From contig CBDESZ010000025.1 of assembly GCA_965242725.1 (NCBI GenBank), forward strand, positions 192,001 to 256,000: DNA of 64,000 nucleotides, read 5' to 3'. Below, piece by piece: positions 1 through 9,648 of this stretch. The notes below the pieces were generated by a model. That model saw only the letters and a list, made by a program, of their open reading frames with translations. It was not told where the DNA came from and searched no databases. Numbering within the stretch: the first letter of the stretch is position 1; each line of letters begins with the position of its first letter. This DNA is from Alkalispirochaeta sp. (GTDB taxonomy: Bacteria; Spirochaetota; Spirochaetia; DSM-27196; Alkalispirochaetaceae). A program made the position numbers and the translations under genes.

Positions 1-1
1 G

Positions 2-949
2 GCGAGCCCTACCGTAAACCTTGATCCCGATGTTGTAGACGATATTCATAAAATCGGCGGTACCGTCCTTGGATCCAGCAGGGGAGGCGGTACCAGAACG
101 GAAGATATCGTCGATTCAATCGAACGACTGAACCTGAATATCCTTTTTACGATCGGCGGCGATGGAACGCAAAAAGGGGCGCTGGCGATCGCCCGGGAAA
201 TCGAAAAGCGGGGGTTGAAAATCGCCGTTATCGGGATTCCCAAGACCATCGACAATGATTTCAGCCTCATCGATCGTTCCTTCGGGTTTGAAACGGCGGT
301 TTCTGAAGCGACCGCCGCAGTAACGGCGGCTCATACGGAAGCTCACTCGGCCATAAACGGGATCGGCCTGGTAAAGCTCATGGGGCGTGACAGCGGTTTT
401 ATCGCGGCCCACACGGCCCTGGCAAGCCACGAATCAAATTTCGTCCTGATTCCGGAAGTCCCCTTTACCCTGAAGGGGCAACGCGGGTTGCTTGCGCTCC
501 TGGAAAGGCGCCTCGAAGCTCGCCGTCACGCAGTCATCATCGTCGCAGAGGGGGCGGGGCAGGATCTGTTGCCGGAAAGTGAAGCGACCGACGCGAGCGG
601 CAACCGTCGTCTCGGAGATATCGGTCTCTACCTCAAGGACCGGATTTCCCGCCATTTTGAGTCGAAGGGCATACCCTTTACCCTTAAATACATTGATCCC
701 GGTTATCTCGTCCGGAGCGCCGTTGCGGTACCGACGGACAGTGTCTACTGTTCCCGGCTCGGTAATAACGCCGTTCACGCCGCCATGAGCGGAAAGACGG
801 CGATGATCGTCGGGCTTATCAACGACCGCTTTGTTCATATTCCCATGAAAATCGCCGTTTCCCGGCGAAAACGGGTTGATCCGGATGGTCCGTTGTGGCG
901 GGACGTTGTGGAAAGCACGCATCAGCCGGTACGCATGTACGACAATTGA
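2..949 (+). CDS. pfkA: ATP-dependent 6-phosphofructokinase (clade X type), 5'-truncated by window edge
   Basis: Open frame from base 2 with [34 protein letters not shown] and YIDPGY motifs; GGDG indicates ATP dependence. Confidence 0.93.
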   Translation, partial: ASPTVNLDPDVVDDIHKIGGTVLGSSRGGGTRTEDIVDSIERLNLNILFTIGGDGTQKGALAIAREIEKRGLKIAVIGIPKTIDNDFSLIDRSFGFETAVSEATAAVTAAHTEAHSAINGIGLVKLMGRDSGFIAAHTALASHESNFVLIPEVPFTLKGQRGLLALLERRLEARRHAVIIVAEGAGQDLLPESEATDASGNRRLGDIGLYLKDRISRHFESKGIPFTLKYIDPGYLVRSAVAVPTDSVYCSRLGNNAVHAAMSGKTAMIVGLINDRFVHIPMKIAVSRRKRVDPDGPLWRDVVESTHQPVRMYDN

Positions 950-1000
950 GTTGAGGCGCATCAACGACGGCGAAAGACGAGTGGCCGTGACAATGACGGC

Positions 1001-1033
1001 AAAAAAAACGACCGGTACTGACTACCGGTCGTT
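1001..1033 (-). terminator. Rho-independent terminator
   Basis: Perfect 11-bp stem AACGACCGGTA/TACCGGTCGTT with 5-nt loop; A8 at 1001-1008 gives a U-tail on the minus strand. Confidence 0.85.
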
Positions 1034-1228
1034 GGAACTTCCTTGATCATACATACCGTCATAGACGGTAGCTCAGGAATCCACACTTACAACCGCAACG
1101 CGGCGAAAAATGGTTGCTGTCATTATTTCCGCTGACTCGGTCGGCTACGTCCAAGTCAGCCAATTCCTTCCGGTGGCACGTCTCTCATGACTTCCTCCGT
1201 CGGGGGAAAACCCCCTTGATATCTGACA
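1001..1228 (-). ncRNA. Putative orphan structured small RNA (GGA-rich), possibly carrying a 10-aa sORF
   Basis: Own sigma70-like promoter, several hairpins, about 7 GGA motifs, intrinsic terminator, no long ORF. Confidence 0.5.
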
Positions 1229-1234
1229 GAATTA

Positions 1235-1263
1235 AATATGTTACGCCCGGAGGCGGTTGTCAA
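1235..1263 (-). promoter_or_regulatory. Sigma70-like promoter for the intergenic RNA
   Basis: TTGACA (1258-1263), 17 bp spacer, CATATT (1235-1240) on the minus strand. Confidence 0.6.
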
Positions 1264-1301
1264 CTTTTCCGGTAAATTTTTTAAAATTTCTTTCCTCGCC
1301 T

Positions 1302-2885
1302 TCACTTTCTGGAGATGTTGAGGATTTCCGCGTATGCCGAGAGCTGGGCGCTCGGTTTCCCGTCCAATAGCTCTATTGTCAGCTTTTTACCGAGTTGCAC
1401 CCCTTCCTGGTCAAAACTGTTCACGTTCCAGAGAAATCCCTGAAACATGACCTTGTTTTCAAAGTGGGCAAGCAGGGCACCCAGCACCTCGGGCGTCAAA
1501 CGCCGGCCGACGAGAAGAGTCGACGGCCGCCCGCCTGCAAAGGTCTTGTTGGGATTCTCATCCCGCTTGCCCATTGCAAAGGCGACGATCTGGGCCGCCA
1601 GGTTGGCGTTCAACTTGGTCTGGCTTGTAGAACCCTGAAAATGGGTGTCGTCCCCCCGCTGGGAGTCGTAAAACCCGATAAACTGCAGGGGGATCACGTC
1701 CGTACCCTGATGAAGCAGCTGGTAGAAGCTGTGCTGACCGTTTGTGCCGGGCTCTCCAAAGACGACCGGTCCGGTGGGATACGTCACCGGTTCGCCCCGG
1801 CGGTTGACGCTCTTTCCGTTGGACTCCATGTCAAGTTGCTGCAAATGTGCCGGAAACCGGCTCAACGCCTGGCTGTAGGGCAACACCGCCGTACACGGCA
1901 TACCGAGGACGTTGCGCTCATACAGGCCGATCATGGCGTCAAGGAGCGTCGCGTTTTTCCGGATATCTTTTTCAAATGCCCGGCGATCCGCATCGTGCGC
2001 CCCGTCGAGAACTCGCTGAAAGACGGCGGAACCAAAGGCGAGAGTGAGAACGACGCCTCCTACGGCGCTGGTAGCGGAGTACCTGCCGCCGATGAAGTCA
2101 TCGATGAAAAACGACGTGCGGTAGTTCGAGCTTTGCGCCATGGGACTCGTCTGGGAGGTGACCGCCACGATATGCCGGGCAATTTCCACCTTCGGCGCGA
2201 CACGGGCTGCCGTTTCCCTGAGAAACTGCTCATTGGTAAGGGTTTCCTGGGTTGTCCCGCTTTTACTGACCACGATAAAAAGTGTCGACTCGAAATCAAC
2301 ACGATCCAGAACGGCGGAGGCGTCGTCGGGATCGACGTTGGAGATAAAGTGCGCTTCCAGGCGGGAAGTTATCCCCTCGCTGTCGGCCCACTCCCTGAGT
2401 GCGAGGTACAGCGCCCGGGGCCCGAGGTCGGACCCGCCGATACCGATTTGAACGACCGTGGTGAACGCCTTGCCGGTGGACCCCCGCTCCTTGCCGAGGT
2501 GAACCGCCGCGGCAAAATCGCCGAAACGGCCGCGTTGTTCTTCGTAAAAGGAGCGCAGATTCACGCCGTTTTCGACAACATCCGATGCCAACTGCCCGCG
2601 AAGCAGATGATGGAGGACGCGGCGTTCTTCACCGGTATTCATGATCTCTCCATTGACGAGGGCGCGATACTTTTCGATCACCTCCTGTTCCGTCGCGAGT
2701 TCTCCCAGAATATCGATACTACGTTCATCAACGGGAGTCGCCGCGTAGGAATAGACCAGATCTGCGGCAAAGGCACATTGCATGGATCGAATACGTTGGG
2801 TGTCCAGGGCGGTCACGTCAAACGGTTTCGTCTCGGCGAGTTTCTGAAAGGCAGCTGTCTTGTCAAGATTATTGTACGTAGGCAT
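1302..2885 (-). CDS. pgi: Glucose-6-phosphate isomerase
   Basis: IGIGGSDLGP, SKSGTTQET, GGRYS, QQLDMESNGK, GTNGQHSFYQLLHQG, SFDQEGVQLGK; GGAGG RBS before ATG 2885. Confidence 0.97.
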   Translation of the reverse strand: MPTYNNLDKTAAFQKLAETKPFDVTALDTQRIRSMQCAFAADLVYSYAATPVDERSIDILGELATEQEVIEKYRALVNGEIMNTGEERRVLHHLLRGQLASDVVENGVNLRSFYEEQRGRFGDFAAAVHLGKERGSTGKAFTTVVQIGIGGSDLGPRALYLALREWADSEGITSRLEAHFISNVDPDDASAVLDRVDFESTLFIVVSKSGTTQETLTNEQFLRETAARVAPKVEIARHIVAVTSQTSPMAQSSNYRTSFFIDDFIGGRYSATSAVGGVVLTLAFGSAVFQRVLDGAHDADRRAFEKDIRKNATLLDAMIGLYERNVLGMPCTAVLPYSQALSRFPAHLQQLDMESNGKSVNRRGEPVTYPTGPVVFGEPGTNGQHSFYQLLHQGTDVIPLQFIGFYDSQRGDDTHFQGSTSQTKLNANLAAQIVAFAMGKRDENPNKTFAGGRPSTLLVGRRLTPEVLGALLAHFENKVMFQGFLWNVNSFDQEGVQLGKKLTIELLDGKPSAQLSAYAEILNISRK

Positions 2886-2957
2886 GTGTTCCTCCGCCCA
2901 ACAGCATAGCGTGGCCGGCGGGGTGACACAATGGTACACCTGGGCTACTCTCTCCCC

Positions 2958-3866
2958 ATGAAACCGACATTACTTGTATTGGCCGCCGGCATGGGAAGCA
3001 GGTACGGCGGGGTGAAACAGATAGACCCGGTTGGCCCGTCGGGCGAAGCGATTATTGACTACTCGATTTATGATGCAATCCAATCCGGGTTTGAACGGGT
3101 AGTGTTTGTTGTCCGCAGGGAAATAGAAGGGGACGTACGGGACTTCTTTGCCGGTAAATTTGATGATGACCTTCCGGCAACCTATGTTCTCCAGGATCTG
3201 CAGGACATTCCGGAGGGCTACACCGTTCCGGCGGGAAGGACCAAACCGTGGGGTACTGCACAGGCGGTGCTCGCCGCCCGGGACGTCGTCGACGCTCCCT
3301 TTGCCGTCATCAACGGCGACGACTTTTATGGGCGCCCCGCGCTGAAAACGATGGCACACTATCTGAGCCGCCTGCCCGTCGACGGAACCGACTACGCCAT
3401 GGTCGGATACCGGCTGGACAGGACGCTTTCGGAATACGGTACCGTCTCCCGGGGTATCGTCAGTGAGGATGAAAACGGCTGGCTCCAGTCGATAGAGGAG
3501 CACACAAAGATCAAACGGGACGGCGGGGACGTGGTGAGCCTCGACGAAAACGGAAACAGAAAAACCCGTCTTTCCGGTGCCGAAGCGACGAGTATGAATC
3601 TCTTCGGCTTTACCCCCGCCGCAATGGCTCAGTTTCAGCGCCAATTCCGCGCCTTTCTTGACGATCGCGGCGGAGAACTGAAAAGCGAATTCTATATTCC
3701 CGTCGCCATGAACGCGCTTCACCGCAACGGGGACGCACGGATGAAGGTGCTTCGGAGTGACTCCGAGTGGTTCGGTGTTACCTACCGAGAGGACCGGCCC
3801 GATGTGGTCGCTCGTATCCGCAGTCTCGTGGATCGCGGACACTATCCTCCCTCCCTGTGGGGGTGA
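2958..3866 (+). CDS. Sugar-phosphate nucleotidyltransferase family protein
   Basis: LAAGMGSRYGGVKQ N-terminal motif, KPWGT, INGDDFYG, WFGVTY. Confidence 0.88.
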   Translation: MKPTLLVLAAGMGSRYGGVKQIDPVGPSGEAIIDYSIYDAIQSGFERVVFVVRREIEGDVRDFFAGKFDDDLPATYVLQDLQDIPEGYTVPAGRTKPWGTAQAVLAARDVVDAPFAVINGDDFYGRPALKTMAHYLSRLPVDGTDYAMVGYRLDRTLSEYGTVSRGIVSEDENGWLQSIEEHTKIKRDGGDVVSLDENGNRKTRLSGAEATSMNLFGFTPAAMAQFQRQFRAFLDDRGGELKSEFYIPVAMNALHRNGDARMKVLRSDSEWFGVTYREDRPDVVARIRSLVDRGHYPPSLWG

Positions 3867-3920
3867 GGCGTCACCCGGCCGGTTGAGGCATCGCCGCGCT
3901 CAACCGGTCAGGCGTCCACC

Positions 3921-4841
3921 CTATCGGGCAAGACGCTCCGGACGGAGGCGATACGCCGCCGTAATCGTGCCCTGTGCATCGATCAGTTTTCGCGCCCGCT
4001 CCATACCCGCCTGGTACTCGGGATTTCCGGGCATCGCCTGTAACGCCGCCTGAAAACACTGAATAGCCTCGTAGGGATCGTTGAGCTGGAGCCATGCATC
4101 ACCCATGAGCCCCTGTATCCACCCCTCCCGGTCGCGACGATAGGCGTTGTAATAGCAGAAGAGCGCCTTCCGGACGTGATCCATCTCCTGAAAAAGCTCT
4201 CCCAGGCGTATCCAGGCACGGGTCCGGTCGGACTCGTCCACGGCGCGCTGCACCGCACGCCGTAATGCAGCTGCGGCGCGATGGTAGTGTCCCTCCGTCG
4301 CATATTCGTCGGCCCGACGGAACCACGCGCCTCCGGTGTACCGCGTCGGGTCGGCGATAAATTCGGCACGGCTCTCCTGTGCGTCGGATTCATCGGAAAA
4401 GAGCTGTAGCTGTTCACTTGCATCGGCGTCGAATACGGTATACGCGGCGACCGACTGATGGTCCCGCTGTACGATATGAAAACCCGCCGGCGTGTCGTCC
4501 ACCGTTTCCATTTCAAAATAGCGAAATCCAAGCCACGCCAGCCAGCGTGCTCCCTCTCCATCTGATTCCATTGTGATGGGAAGATCGGACTGGGCGTTTC
4601 CATACTCTTTCAGAAACACACGGTCAGTGTATCCGCCGCGAAGCCAGCTGCGTCGGGCGCTCCCATGGTCCTGCATGAGCGGTTTGACCCACCACCAGTA
4701 GGGACCAAAGTGTCGGTATTCATTCTTTTTTGCCGCGATACGCGGTGTGAGTTGGGCGACCGCCTCCTCGATGGCGTCGTCCCGGCGCTGCCGGTCTACA
4801 TCGGCAAGCAGGCTGTTGATGTCATGGGGTAGAAAATACAA
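3921..4841 (-). CDS. Tetratricopeptide-repeat protein
   Basis: C-terminal TPR-like helices (AWIRLGELF, LMGDAWLQL...AIQCFQAALQAMPGN); TTG start with GAGGAG RBS. Confidence 0.75.
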   Translation of the reverse strand: MYFLPHDINSLLADVDRQRRDDAIEEAVAQLTPRIAAKKNEYRHFGPYWWWVKPLMQDHGSARRSWLRGGYTDRVFLKEYGNAQSDLPITMESDGEGARWLAWLGFRYFEMETVDDTPAGFHIVQRDHQSVAAYTVFDADASEQLQLFSDESDAQESRAEFIADPTRYTGGAWFRRADEYATEGHYHRAAAALRRAVQRAVDESDRTRAWIRLGELFQEMDHVRKALFCYYNAYRRDREGWIQGLMGDAWLQLNDPYEAIQCFQAALQAMPGNPEYQAGMERARKLIDAQGTITAAYRLRPERLAR

Positions 4842-4863
4842 TGCTGCTTCTCCTCACGTACCT

Positions 4864-4890
4864 GTATCGGCCAGGTACGGCAAAAGTGAA
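4864..4890 (-). promoter_or_regulatory. Possible sigma28 (FliA)-type promoter for the TPR gene
   Basis: TTCA-N15-GCCGATAC on the minus strand. Confidence 0.45.
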
Positions 4891-4891
4891 C

Positions 4892-5248
4892 CTATCGGCG
4901 TTCCGACTTGCGTAATGTTGTAATCAATTCGGTAAGTGAATCCCGTGGACCGTCGGGGAGTTCCGAGGAAAACTCCTCGGCAATCAGGGAGAGACCGCGG
5001 TACTCGCGGTCCGAAACCATGACCGTTCCCGAGTCGAGGACTCCCGAAAAGAGGTCTACCATCGAGGCGGCGATTTCCTGCGCGCCGTCCATATTGAACT
5101 GCTCAACCAGCCGGAGGTACATCCGTTCACCAAGATCGGGCAGGGCAATGTATCGTCCGAACGCCTGGGCGCTTTCATGCATAAGTGCGTCGAGATGGGC
5201 CGTGGTATGGCGACGCAGCTCCTTGAGGAAAGAATCACGGGGTGTCAT
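4892..5248 (-). CDS. Hypothetical protein
   Basis: 118-aa ORF; GTGACA-17-TATCAT promoter 7 nt before ATG 5248. Confidence 0.65.
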   Translation of the reverse strand: MTPRDSFLKELRRHTTAHLDALMHESAQAFGRYIALPDLGERMYLRLVEQFNMDGAQEIAASMVDLFSGVLDSGTVMVSDREYRGLSLIAEEFSSELPDGPRDSLTELITTLRKSERR

Positions 5249-5356
5249 CGGAAAAATGATAGCCCGTGAGATGGGTCTTGTCACCCATGTTGCCGCGCGA
5301 TTTTCCTCCAGTCTCCCATGGTCGAATCTACCGTTGACGTTTATGCTCTTATCACG

Positions 5357-6955
5357 ATGGGATTGAGTTTTACCGGAAAGAAGAAGGGCGCCTCAAATGG
5401 ATCACTTCCTCGGGACCTCCGCCGGAGATATCGACGGACACCGACGGCCCTGCGGGGCGCGGCGCTGTTGCGTAACGGATCGTTCAGTGCCGTCGTCGTG
5501 GGCGAGAGTGTTCTGCTGGTGGAGGTACCCGGCGATACCGGTGCCGACGGGAATCACGACCCCTTTGACGAGGTGGTCGCCTCCATACTCTCCGCCAATC
5601 CCCACATTTCTCTCGTCCCTGTCGGCAGCCCGGGCGATAGCGACGAAGAATCTCCCGGTTCCCTGCGGTATCGATTGGAAATTCCTTCTTCGATCGTCAG
5701 CCGTCTCTCGGACGGGAAGATATTCGCTGAATTTCTTGTCGGCCGGTTCTGTCAAACCGCTCCCGGGATTGAGCCGCTCGTCTCCCGACAACGACCGGTA
5801 GAAGCGGAAGAGGTGAGTGCGGAAGAGGTCGCCGGAAAGCTCGAATCGGAAGCGATATGGGTCTGCCGGATGGAAGGATGTGACGGTCCGTCCCGGGAGG
5901 ATACCCGTCTTCCGGTATGGTTCGTCAAAGAACAGCGGGAGAATGAGGAAAACGGAAAGCCAGGAAAAAAAGTTGCGGTAGAGCTCTATCGATTGCAGCA
6001 GGCTATGCGAAACCTGGGATTCGATTCATGCCGGATAACCGTCGCACAGCGTCGGATACACACATTCGACGTTGCACCGCGATACGAGACGATTAGGACG
6101 TCCCATTCCGAAGCGTTCTGGCCGTCCCGTTCGGTGACCGTTCTCCGACGTCTCCTTGCATCGGAGGGGAGATCGGCGGAACAGCGAATATTTGCGTTTG
6201 AAGCGGTCAACAGGGGGTTGCTTGCGATCGCGTACCGAATGCCCCGGAGCGCCGAAGAGCGGAAGTCCGGCTATGCCGTACGGACCCTCTACGCTCTTTT
6301 GCAGCTCGGGGGGCGGGGTCTGCGTGAGTTTGTCGATTCCGTCTACCGTTCGGCCGAACAGTTTCACGCTTTTGTCCTTGTATATAACGCCCTCGGAGAG
6401 GCGGAGCGGCGGCAACTTGACCATATCCTCGGAGAGCGGCGGCGGGCACAGCTCGTGAGCGACCGCCCCGACGCGTACCGACGGTCCGGCAGGCGAACCG
6501 TCGTCGAGCCGTGGATTGCGGCGGCGGACGCGACGGAGCTGCTCGTCGGAAGGTACGTTGCTACCGCCCGGAAACGGGGGCACGCCGTGGATGTGGAGAG
6601 CAGAAAAATCATCGACAGCTACTACCTCAAACCGCGCAGCGAGGCGCTGCGATCGGTCTGGGAGCGTGCCCGACGCGATCCTGAAATGGAGCGGTTGATT
6701 GAAGAGGGGCGGCTTTCCCGGCTGCGGGCGCTTGGGCGCAGGGTGCCGCGGAGTGTTCTCGTGGACGCCGCCGTCGGAACGAGGGAAGAGATGAAACGGA
6801 AGCTTTCCGCAGTGTTCTCCCGGCGGGGCAGACAGATGTTCCTCGAGGATGTGGACGTAATAGAAGGAGCCATTCATCGGAACGAGTGGATTGAGTGGGA
6901 ACGGCTCCTCTCGGCACAGAGTCAGCTCAAGGTTCTGGCGCGGAAAATTCAATGA
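5357..6955 (+). CDS. Hypothetical protein with possible degenerate FliG C-terminal-like segment
   Basis: Long ORF (start uncertain, 5318 or 5357); C-terminal EEMKRKLSAVFSRRGRQMFLEDV resembles the FliG_C motif. Confidence 0.6.
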   Translation: MGLSFTGKKKGASNGSLPRDLRRRYRRTPTALRGAALLRNGSFSAVVVGESVLLVEVPGDTGADGNHDPFDEVVASILSANPHISLVPVGSPGDSDEESPGSLRYRLEIPSSIVSRLSDGKIFAEFLVGRFCQTAPGIEPLVSRQRPVEAEEVSAEEVAGKLESEAIWVCRMEGCDGPSREDTRLPVWFVKEQRENEENGKPGKKVAVELYRLQQAMRNLGFDSCRITVAQRRIHTFDVAPRYETIRTSHSEAFWPSRSVTVLRRLLASEGRSAEQRIFAFEAVNRGLLAIAYRMPRSAEERKSGYAVRTLYALLQLGGRGLREFVDSVYRSAEQFHAFVLVYNALGEAERRQLDHILGERRRAQLVSDRPDAYRRSGRRTVVEPWIAAADATELLVGRYVATARKRGHAVDVESRKIIDSYYLKPRSEALRSVWERARRDPEMERLIEEGRLSRLRALGRRVPRSVLVDAAVGTREEMKRKLSAVFSRRGRQMFLEDVDVIEGAIHRNEWIEWERLLSAQSQLKVLARKIQ

Positions 6956-6983
6956 TTGCGATTGTGTGATAGACTGTCTGTAT

Positions 6984-7922
6984 ATGTCACTCATCAACCG
7001 TGCTCGATTCGCAGGCCGTTGGTACCGTGACGATCCGGAAGCGCTTCATGGTGATCTTCTTCATTTCAGATCCGTCGCGGCGGCGGTTGGAGGAGGTGCC
7101 CGGGATTCGGGAGCGGGAGCAGCCGCCGGCCCCGTGTCGCTCGCCGTCCTGCCCCACGCGGGACTTTCATTTTCCGGGCGGGGAATTGCTCACGCCTTTC
7201 TGCCCCCTCAACCTCCCGTGGCGACGACCGTTCTCATCCTCTCACCGAGTCACTATGCGGCGCTGACACCTGATGTGCTCGTCGCGGAATCCTTCTCGTC
7301 TCACGAGACGCCGCTGGGTGCCGTTCCGGGCAGCCCTTCCTTTTCACAAAATCTCCTGAAGGAGAAAAGTATTTCCCTTCGCGTTGACAACGCCCTTGTT
7401 GAGGGGGAACACGGCACGGAGATGTTTCTTCCCTTTATCCGGCAGTGGATGGGTGCCTCTGCGGTTTCAATGATTCTCGTGCCGGAATTCTCCGCTCCCG
7501 ACGTGTTGGAGCGGTGGGCCGACGGGGTTCTGTCGGCGTTGTCCCGGGAGGGTGTTCAGTCCCTTATGGTTATCGCGAGCAGTGATTTTACCCACTACGG
7601 GGATCGATTCGGATATACGCCCTTCGGGAAGCCCGGAAACGGAACACGGGTCCCCGATGCGGTACGGGAGGACGACGAAGCAGTGGCTCACATGGTCTCC
7701 GCCGGTGACAGTTCCGGAATAATTGAACGAATGAGGCGCCCCATTACCGTATGCGGCCGCCACGCCATCCTGCTGTCCCTGGCGATTCGGCGGCGCCTCA
7801 TCCGGTACGGACGGGATCTCACGATGCCCGGACGGGTCGTCGATTATTATACCTCCCTTGACGCCGCCGGTCGCAGGGATGACGATTTTGTATGTTATGC
7901 GTCCATTTTGTGGCGGGAGTGA
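6984..7922 (+). CDS. amrB: AmmeMemoRadiSam system protein B (MEMO1 family)
   Basis: FAGRWY, PHAGLSFSG, SPSH, EHGTEMFLPF, ASSDFTHYG, TVCG, CYAS. Confidence 0.9.
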   Translation: MSLINRARFAGRWYRDDPEALHGDLLHFRSVAAAVGGGARDSGAGAAAGPVSLAVLPHAGLSFSGRGIAHAFLPPQPPVATTVLILSPSHYAALTPDVLVAESFSSHETPLGAVPGSPSFSQNLLKEKSISLRVDNALVEGEHGTEMFLPFIRQWMGASAVSMILVPEFSAPDVLERWADGVLSALSREGVQSLMVIASSDFTHYGDRFGYTPFGKPGNGTRVPDAVREDDEAVAHMVSAGDSSGIIERMRRPITVCGRHAILLSLAIRRRLIRYGRDLTMPGRVVDYYTSLDAAGRRDDDFVCYASILWRE

Positions 7923-7926
7923 CGAA

Positions 7927-8517
7927 GTGGAAGACGATGTGGTTCGTCGGGATTTTCGCCGCCTCCTTGAGTATGCGGAACTTGCGGTAAAGGCAATCGT
8001 CCTTGAGTCGCCGTTCCCGCCCCTGCCGACGGCTGCCGTTCTCGACGAGTGTTACGGCGCATTCTGTACGCTGAAGCGGCTTGGCGCCCTTCGGGGATGC
8101 ATCGGTAATTTTGCGGGAACGGAAACGCTGGGACGGGTGCTGCCGCGGGTCATTCGCGAGGCGGTGTTGAAGGATCCGCGTTTTCATCCCGTTACGGCGG
8201 ATGAACTGCCGGACCTCTCCGTATCACTGTCGATACTGTATCCGGCGGTGGTCATACCCTCACCGCAATCGATTGAGACGGGAAGAGACGGGGTTATCCT
8301 GACGGTGGGGACGCGACGAGCGGTGTTTCTGCCTGAGGTCGCCGTTGAACAGGGGTGGGGCAGAAAGGAAACGCTCGACGCCCTCTGCAGAAAGGCCGGG
8401 TTGCCCCCGGGACGGTGGCTCTGCGGAGATGCCCGTCTTGAAACGTTCAGGACGACGCGGATCGTCCGTGATCCGCCCGTGACGGGGGAAATCGTGATAC
8501 GAGGCGACGGGGAGTGA
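7927..8517 (+). CDS. amrA: AmmeMemoRadiSam system protein A (AMMECR1 family)
   Basis: GAFCTL, LRGCIG, DPRF.PV, FLPEVA.EQGW, LCRKAGL; GTG start after GGGAG. Confidence 0.92.
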   Translation: MEDDVVRRDFRRLLEYAELAVKAIVLESPFPPLPTAAVLDECYGAFCTLKRLGALRGCIGNFAGTETLGRVLPRVIREAVLKDPRFHPVTADELPDLSVSLSILYPAVVIPSPQSIETGRDGVILTVGTRRAVFLPEVAVEQGWGRKETLDALCRKAGLPPGRWLCGDARLETFRTTRIVRDPPVTGEIVIRGDGE

Positions 8518-8526
8518 TGAATTTCA

Positions 8527-9555
8527 ATGGGATCGGTCATGTCATCGACACGTCAGCGTAATGAACTGTCACCGTTGAGAATCGCCTGTGACTTCTGTGA
8601 GCATCGCTGCAGGCTGAAAGAGGGGCAAACGGGGTTGTGCGGTGTGCGCCGCCGAAAGGGAAACGTCATAGAGACGGTGAACTACGGGCACCACGTTTCT
8701 CTCGCAATAGACCCCATTGAGAAAAAGCCTCTCTATCACGTCCTGCCCGGTGCCAGAACGCTCTCCAGTGCGTTGTACGGCTGCAATTTCACCTGCACGT
8801 TCTGCCAGAATTGTTCCATTTCACAGCCCGAGCTGTTCCGGTCGCTGGAGACTCGCTACATCTCGCCGGAGGATCTGGCGGCGGAGCGGCGTGCCGGAGC
8901 GTATCCCGTCGTCGCCTTTACCTACAGCGAGCCAACGGTATGGCAGGACTACATGGTGGACGCTGCACGGATCGTGAAACGGGACGGCGGGTACAACGTG
9001 ATGGTGACAAACGGTTTTTTTACGGAAGAGTCGCTCTCCCGCATGGCCGGCGTCATTGATGCGTTCAATATCGATCTCAAAGGAAACGAGGACTTCTATC
9101 ACCGGCTCTGCGGAGGGCATCTGGAACCTATTGTACGCAATATTCGTGACATCGCCTCCATGAAGCGGAACGACCGCGGCGCACCGATCCTTGAAGTGAC
9201 CACGATGATCCTCGAGGGGGATCACACGATGGAGAACGTCGTTGAATTGGGGAGGACCCTTGAAGACGCGGGTGTCCAGGTCTGGCACCTCAGTGCGTTT
9301 TATCCGGCCTACAAAATGCGCGATCGTGCACCCACGCGTCCCGAGTTTCTCGATGCCGCGTACAGTCGGGTCCGGGAAGAGATCTCCATTCCCCATATCT
9401 ATGCGTACAGCCGTGCTCATACCCACTATCAGCAGACCTTCTGTCACCGGTGCGGGACGCTGTGTATCGACCGGCAGGGGTTTCAGTTGCACGCAAACCA
9501 TTTGGTGGACGGGCGCTGTCCCTCCTGCGGCGCCGAGATGTATGGACTTTTTTAA
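8527..9555 (+). CDS. amrS: AmmeMemoRadiSam system radical SAM enzyme
   Basis: CDFCEHRC, DPIEKKPLYH, CNFTCTFCQN, FTYSEPT, NIDLKG, C-terminal CxxC pairs. Confidence 0.93.
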   Translation: MGSVMSSTRQRNELSPLRIACDFCEHRCRLKEGQTGLCGVRRRKGNVIETVNYGHHVSLAIDPIEKKPLYHVLPGARTLSSALYGCNFTCTFCQNCSISQPELFRSLETRYISPEDLAAERRAGAYPVVAFTYSEPTVWQDYMVDAARIVKRDGGYNVMVTNGFFTEESLSRMAGVIDAFNIDLKGNEDFYHRLCGGHLEPIVRNIRDIASMKRNDRGAPILEVTTMILEGDHTMENVVELGRTLEDAGVQVWHLSAFYPAYKMRDRAPTRPEFLDAAYSRVREEISIPHIYAYSRAHTHYQQTFCHRCGTLCIDRQGFQLHANHLVDGRCPSCGAEMYGLF

Positions 9556-9648
9556 AGTCGAAGAAGGCGAGGAGTAATTTTCCATTGTTCTATACCCGTT
9601 CATACTGTATAGTGGCGGCAATACAAAAATCCGTCGGGAAAGAAATAT

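Noticed and set aside
1001..1228. Intergenic RNA as 6S, SRP, tmRNA or a riboswitch
   Set aside because: No end-to-end pairing or tRNA-like ends recognised, and no downstream gene on that strand to regulate; an Rfam search is still needed
1395..2909. 504-aa plus-strand ORF
   Set aside because: Antisense shadow of pgi; no motifs; expected in high-GC coding DNA
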